From a virus (lineage: Duplodnaviria > Caudoviricetes): a DNA stretch of 27,067 nucleotides. Every line of letters begins with the position of its first letter. Position 1 is the first letter of the stretch. Position numbers and translations under genes: made by a program. Below are positions 24,640 to 27,067 of this stretch, piece by piece. A model generated the notes under the pieces. That model searched no databases. It was given only the letters and a program-made list of their open reading frames with translations, and was not told where the DNA came from. The stretch covers positions 1-27,067 of the IMG/VR virus record IMGVR_UViG_3300005805_006725. The stretch is one strand, 5' to 3'.

Positions 24640-26850
24640 TTACAAATTATCATACACCATTAAATAAAATGATGCTTTGGCTTGTTTTAGGTCGTCTACA
24701 GATAATTCATTTTCAACTTGAGAAGATAATATCTTAAGCCAATCACAATATTGAGCATATATTGCGTTTGAAGCATTAGAATTTATATTATGCATATTTT
24801 CTAACACTGAATCTTGAGAAATTTTTGAGTTTGGTGGTGTTAAAAAGAATAATTTAGTTTTTACGGACTCCAGTTCTTTGGATTCTGATGCAGTAAGTGA
24901 TCTTAGATTTTTCTTTTGATAGAACTCCAATAAGACGGGGTTGATGTATTCATTAATTTTTTCTTGAGTTTTATTGGCCCAAATCATTAAATTGGCACCG
25001 GTTTGGGGAGTAAATTTTTTGGGTTGTCTTGTCGTGGTATCCTTGGAATTTTTGGGTCTTCCCTGCTGTGGTACTCCGGGCAACGATTCTGACGAATCGT
25101 TTGCCAACTTAGTTGGTTTTCCTGGCGGTCCTGATACTGGTGGTACTTTCAATTCTAAAGCATTCTTTTCTCCTCCCTTTTTCTTTTCTAACTCCAAACC
25201 TACTTGACTCGGAGAGACTATGCCTGTTTGTAGTGCTATCTTTCTTAAAGAATTATCAAATTGTGGATCAAACCATGGCCCAGACTTTTGTACCATGCGA
25301 TTACTATCTCTTTCTCTATACTCTCTGTTGAGTCTGCTTTTTTCCATATCTGGATCAAAGCCGAATCGAGTCTGAATTAGTTCGTCACTAATAATGTTTC
25401 TATCTGCTAATTGAATTAGTAAGGCTTTTTCTGCATCTTCATTACTTAAATCCATTCTATCAAACTCTACTTTAGCTGGATACTTAAAACCCATTGCTTT
25501 TTGAATTAATGCTATTTCATTATCCCAAAATTCCATCAATACATCTCTACCATATTGCAATCTTTGAGTTAGGGTTTTTAGACTGATAAAATTATTAGTA
25601 GTTCCTGCAGCCCCGAATGTTCCTGTTAGTGTTGGAGGAATTCCTAATCCGGCATATACAGCATTTAAATGTGGAATATATTTACCTTCACCTAAGAAGT
25701 TATGAACATTAGTATTACTTTCTAACAACTCAATATCTGGACCCCAAATTAAATCCATTGTGCCACCACCAACATTATTTCCTAAAATACTAGCTAGTTT
25801 TGATGTTGCTGCTTTTGTTGGAGCAATTTTATGTTCTAGATTTCCAAGTTTGAAAATACGAATATTACTGATCGCACCGTCTAATGCCGCCATGTCTGCC
25901 AATTTTAGTTTTTCTATTACAGTAATATCATCCATAATAGCATATATCATAGGATAAGCCCATGATTGCCAATCATCTTTCTTATAATGAAATACTAATG
26001 TTTTTTCTGGATCAAGAGGAAATCCTTTTTTGCCTTTTGCGGCATCAATAATAGCTTGAGGTAATTGATTTATAATTTCTTTTTCAGCATCTGTTTTCGG
26101 AGAATTAATTATTTTGCGTAGCTCAGAAGGAAGCATAAGTTCGTATCTTTTGTTATCTACAAATGATGACAATGCTCCTGCACTAACATCAACAAATGCT
26201 GGATCAATAAAAGTATATTTCCATGGAATCTCTCTTTTTTCTAAATTAGAAACATCGATATCATTAATCTGTGTGTCTGCGGTTCCTAAAGATTTATATA
26301 GTTTATCTGTAACCTTCAAACTAATTTTAGCTGTTCTTCTATCAATGACTATATTTCCACTTTTATAAAGATTATTCAAAAATCTTTCACTACGATCTTT
26401 GCCATTAATTTTTTTGAACCAGCGTCTATAAAATCTTTCTATTCTTTTGTTGCGATGAACTAATCTGATACCTTGCGTAGCAAAATCGCCCATAAGATCA
26501 ATAACATTTTTTACTAATCCAACCTTTTGATAAATCTCTTCTGCTCGTCTTAGAATAAGCTTGGTTCTGTAAGGAGGAGCTTCTTCTGGTCTAAAATTAT
26601 AGTAATCTCCTTTTGTTAATCCTGGGCGGCTGCCGGTTTGACCATCTAGATTAGAAAAATCCAGATTATAACGGCGACCAGTACCAAAAGCTAGAGCTTT
26701 ATCTACTAGTGTAAACTCGTCTAAAGAACCTGATGCTTTTTTTAATGCTTCTTGCTTGCTGGCAAGATCATCACCCCATGTAACATACGCATCTTCTGGA
26801 ATAATATTGGTTTTGGAGATAATTTCTTCTTTGGTTCTTTTTTTGCTCAT
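24640..26850 (-). CDS. Portal protein
   Basis: 736 aa between the terminase and protease genes; GLVKNVIDLMGDF, YKSGNI, FHYKKDDWQSWAYP and AGLGIPPTL; C-terminal GRP extension. Confidence 0.8.
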   Translation of the reverse strand: MSKKRTKEEIISKTNIIPEDAYVTWGDDLASKQEALKKASGSLDEFTLVDKALAFGTGRRYNLDFSNLDGQTGSRPGLTKGDYYNFRPEEAPPYRTKLILRRAEEIYQKVGLVKNVIDLMGDFATQGIRLVHRNKRIERFYRRWFKKINGKDRSERFLNNLYKSGNIVIDRRTAKISLKVTDKLYKSLGTADTQINDIDVSNLEKREIPWKYTFIDPAFVDVSAGALSSFVDNKRYELMLPSELRKIINSPKTDAEKEIINQLPQAIIDAAKGKKGFPLDPEKTLVFHYKKDDWQSWAYPMIYAIMDDITVIEKLKLADMAALDGAISNIRIFKLGNLEHKIAPTKAATSKLASILGNNVGGGTMDLIWGPDIELLESNTNVHNFLGEGKYIPHLNAVYAGLGIPPTLTGTFGAAGTTNNFISLKTLTQRLQYGRDVLMEFWDNEIALIQKAMGFKYPAKVEFDRMDLSNEDAEKALLIQLADRNIISDELIQTRFGFDPDMEKSRLNREYRERDSNRMVQKSGPWFDPQFDNSLRKIALQTGIVSPSQVGLELEKKKGGEKNALELKVPPVSGPPGKPTKLANDSSESLPGVPQQGRPKNSKDTTTRQPKKFTPQTGANLMIWANKTQEKINEYINPVLLEFYQKKNLRSLTASESKELESVKTKLFFLTPPNSKISQDSVLENMHNINSNASNAIYAQYCDWLKILSSQVENELSVDDLKQAKASFYLMVYDNL
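24649..24658 (-). promoter_or_regulatory. RGTGTA motif, GGTGTATGAT
   Basis: 27 nt upstream of the 24625 start. Confidence 0.45.
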
Positions 26851-26893
26851 ATTTATATACTAATTACAATTGAAATGTAAAGCAATCAAAGAA

Positions 26894-26903
26894 TTAATAC
26901 ACT
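26894..26903 (-). promoter_or_regulatory. RGTGTA motif, AGTGTATTAA
   Basis: 47 nt upstream of the portal start; overlaps the upstream TAG. Confidence 0.55.
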
Positions 26904-27066
26904 ATTGTCTATAAATTCCTGTATAAATATCATCATTAGCTGCATTAGTAAACCATTCTGGACCTTTGTATAAATTACCCTTATTGGCTACGGCATCCTT
27001 AGCATTGGATCCTATAACATCATAATCGACCGGTTTTAGTGTTCTATTAATTTGCCTAGCTATCAT
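26902..27066 (-). CDS. 3' end of the upstream gene, probably terminase large subunit (partial)
   Basis: Open frame running off the window edge: MIARQINRTLKPVDYDVIG...LYKGPEWFT...GIYRQ*. Identity inferred from its position before the portal gene. Confidence 0.5.
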   Translation of the reverse strand: MIARQINRTLKPVDYDVIGSNAKDAVANKGNLYKGPEWFTNAANDDIYTGIYRQ

Positions 27067-27067
27067 A

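Noticed and set aside
1918-26368. All plus-strand ORFs in the track (e.g. 5946..6368, 6477..6866, 10101..10442, 23136..23474)
   Set aside because: They lie antisense to well-supported minus-strand genes and have no recognisable motifs; these are shadow ORFs.
1-27067. Stop-codon reassignment, introns/inteins, tRNA genes
   Set aside because: Genes tile densely and intact under the standard code with TAA, TAG and TGA all used as stops. No cloverleaf, intein or homing-endonuclease motifs were seen.

Overview
A 27-kb segment of a large AT-rich tailed dsDNA phage (Caudoviricetes) genome, with every credible gene on the minus strand. Read right to left: the 3' end of a probable terminase large subunit, portal, prohead protease/scaffold fusion (with a likely internal scaffold start), head decoration protein, HK97-type major capsid protein and a rho-independent terminator. 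A ~16-kb block of modular fibre/adhesin-like virion genes follows, including a DUF6734-like putative glycosyltransferase and a three-gene high-GC insert. Neck and tail-completion genes close the window. Notable points: (1) the fibre array sits between the capsid and neck genes and reuses a small set of shared modules; (2) a neck/tail-terminator-like protein carries a Pro/Thr linker and a circularly permuted FGE-sulfatase domain; (3) an RGTGTA motif recurs about 27-47 nt upstream of gene starts; (4) captured domains (FGE/PEP-CTERM type, proprotein-convertase P) suggest a Planctomycetota host. No tRNA, rRNA, CRISPR array, integrase or reverse transcriptase was seen. All family calls come from motif recognition and synteny, not database searches.
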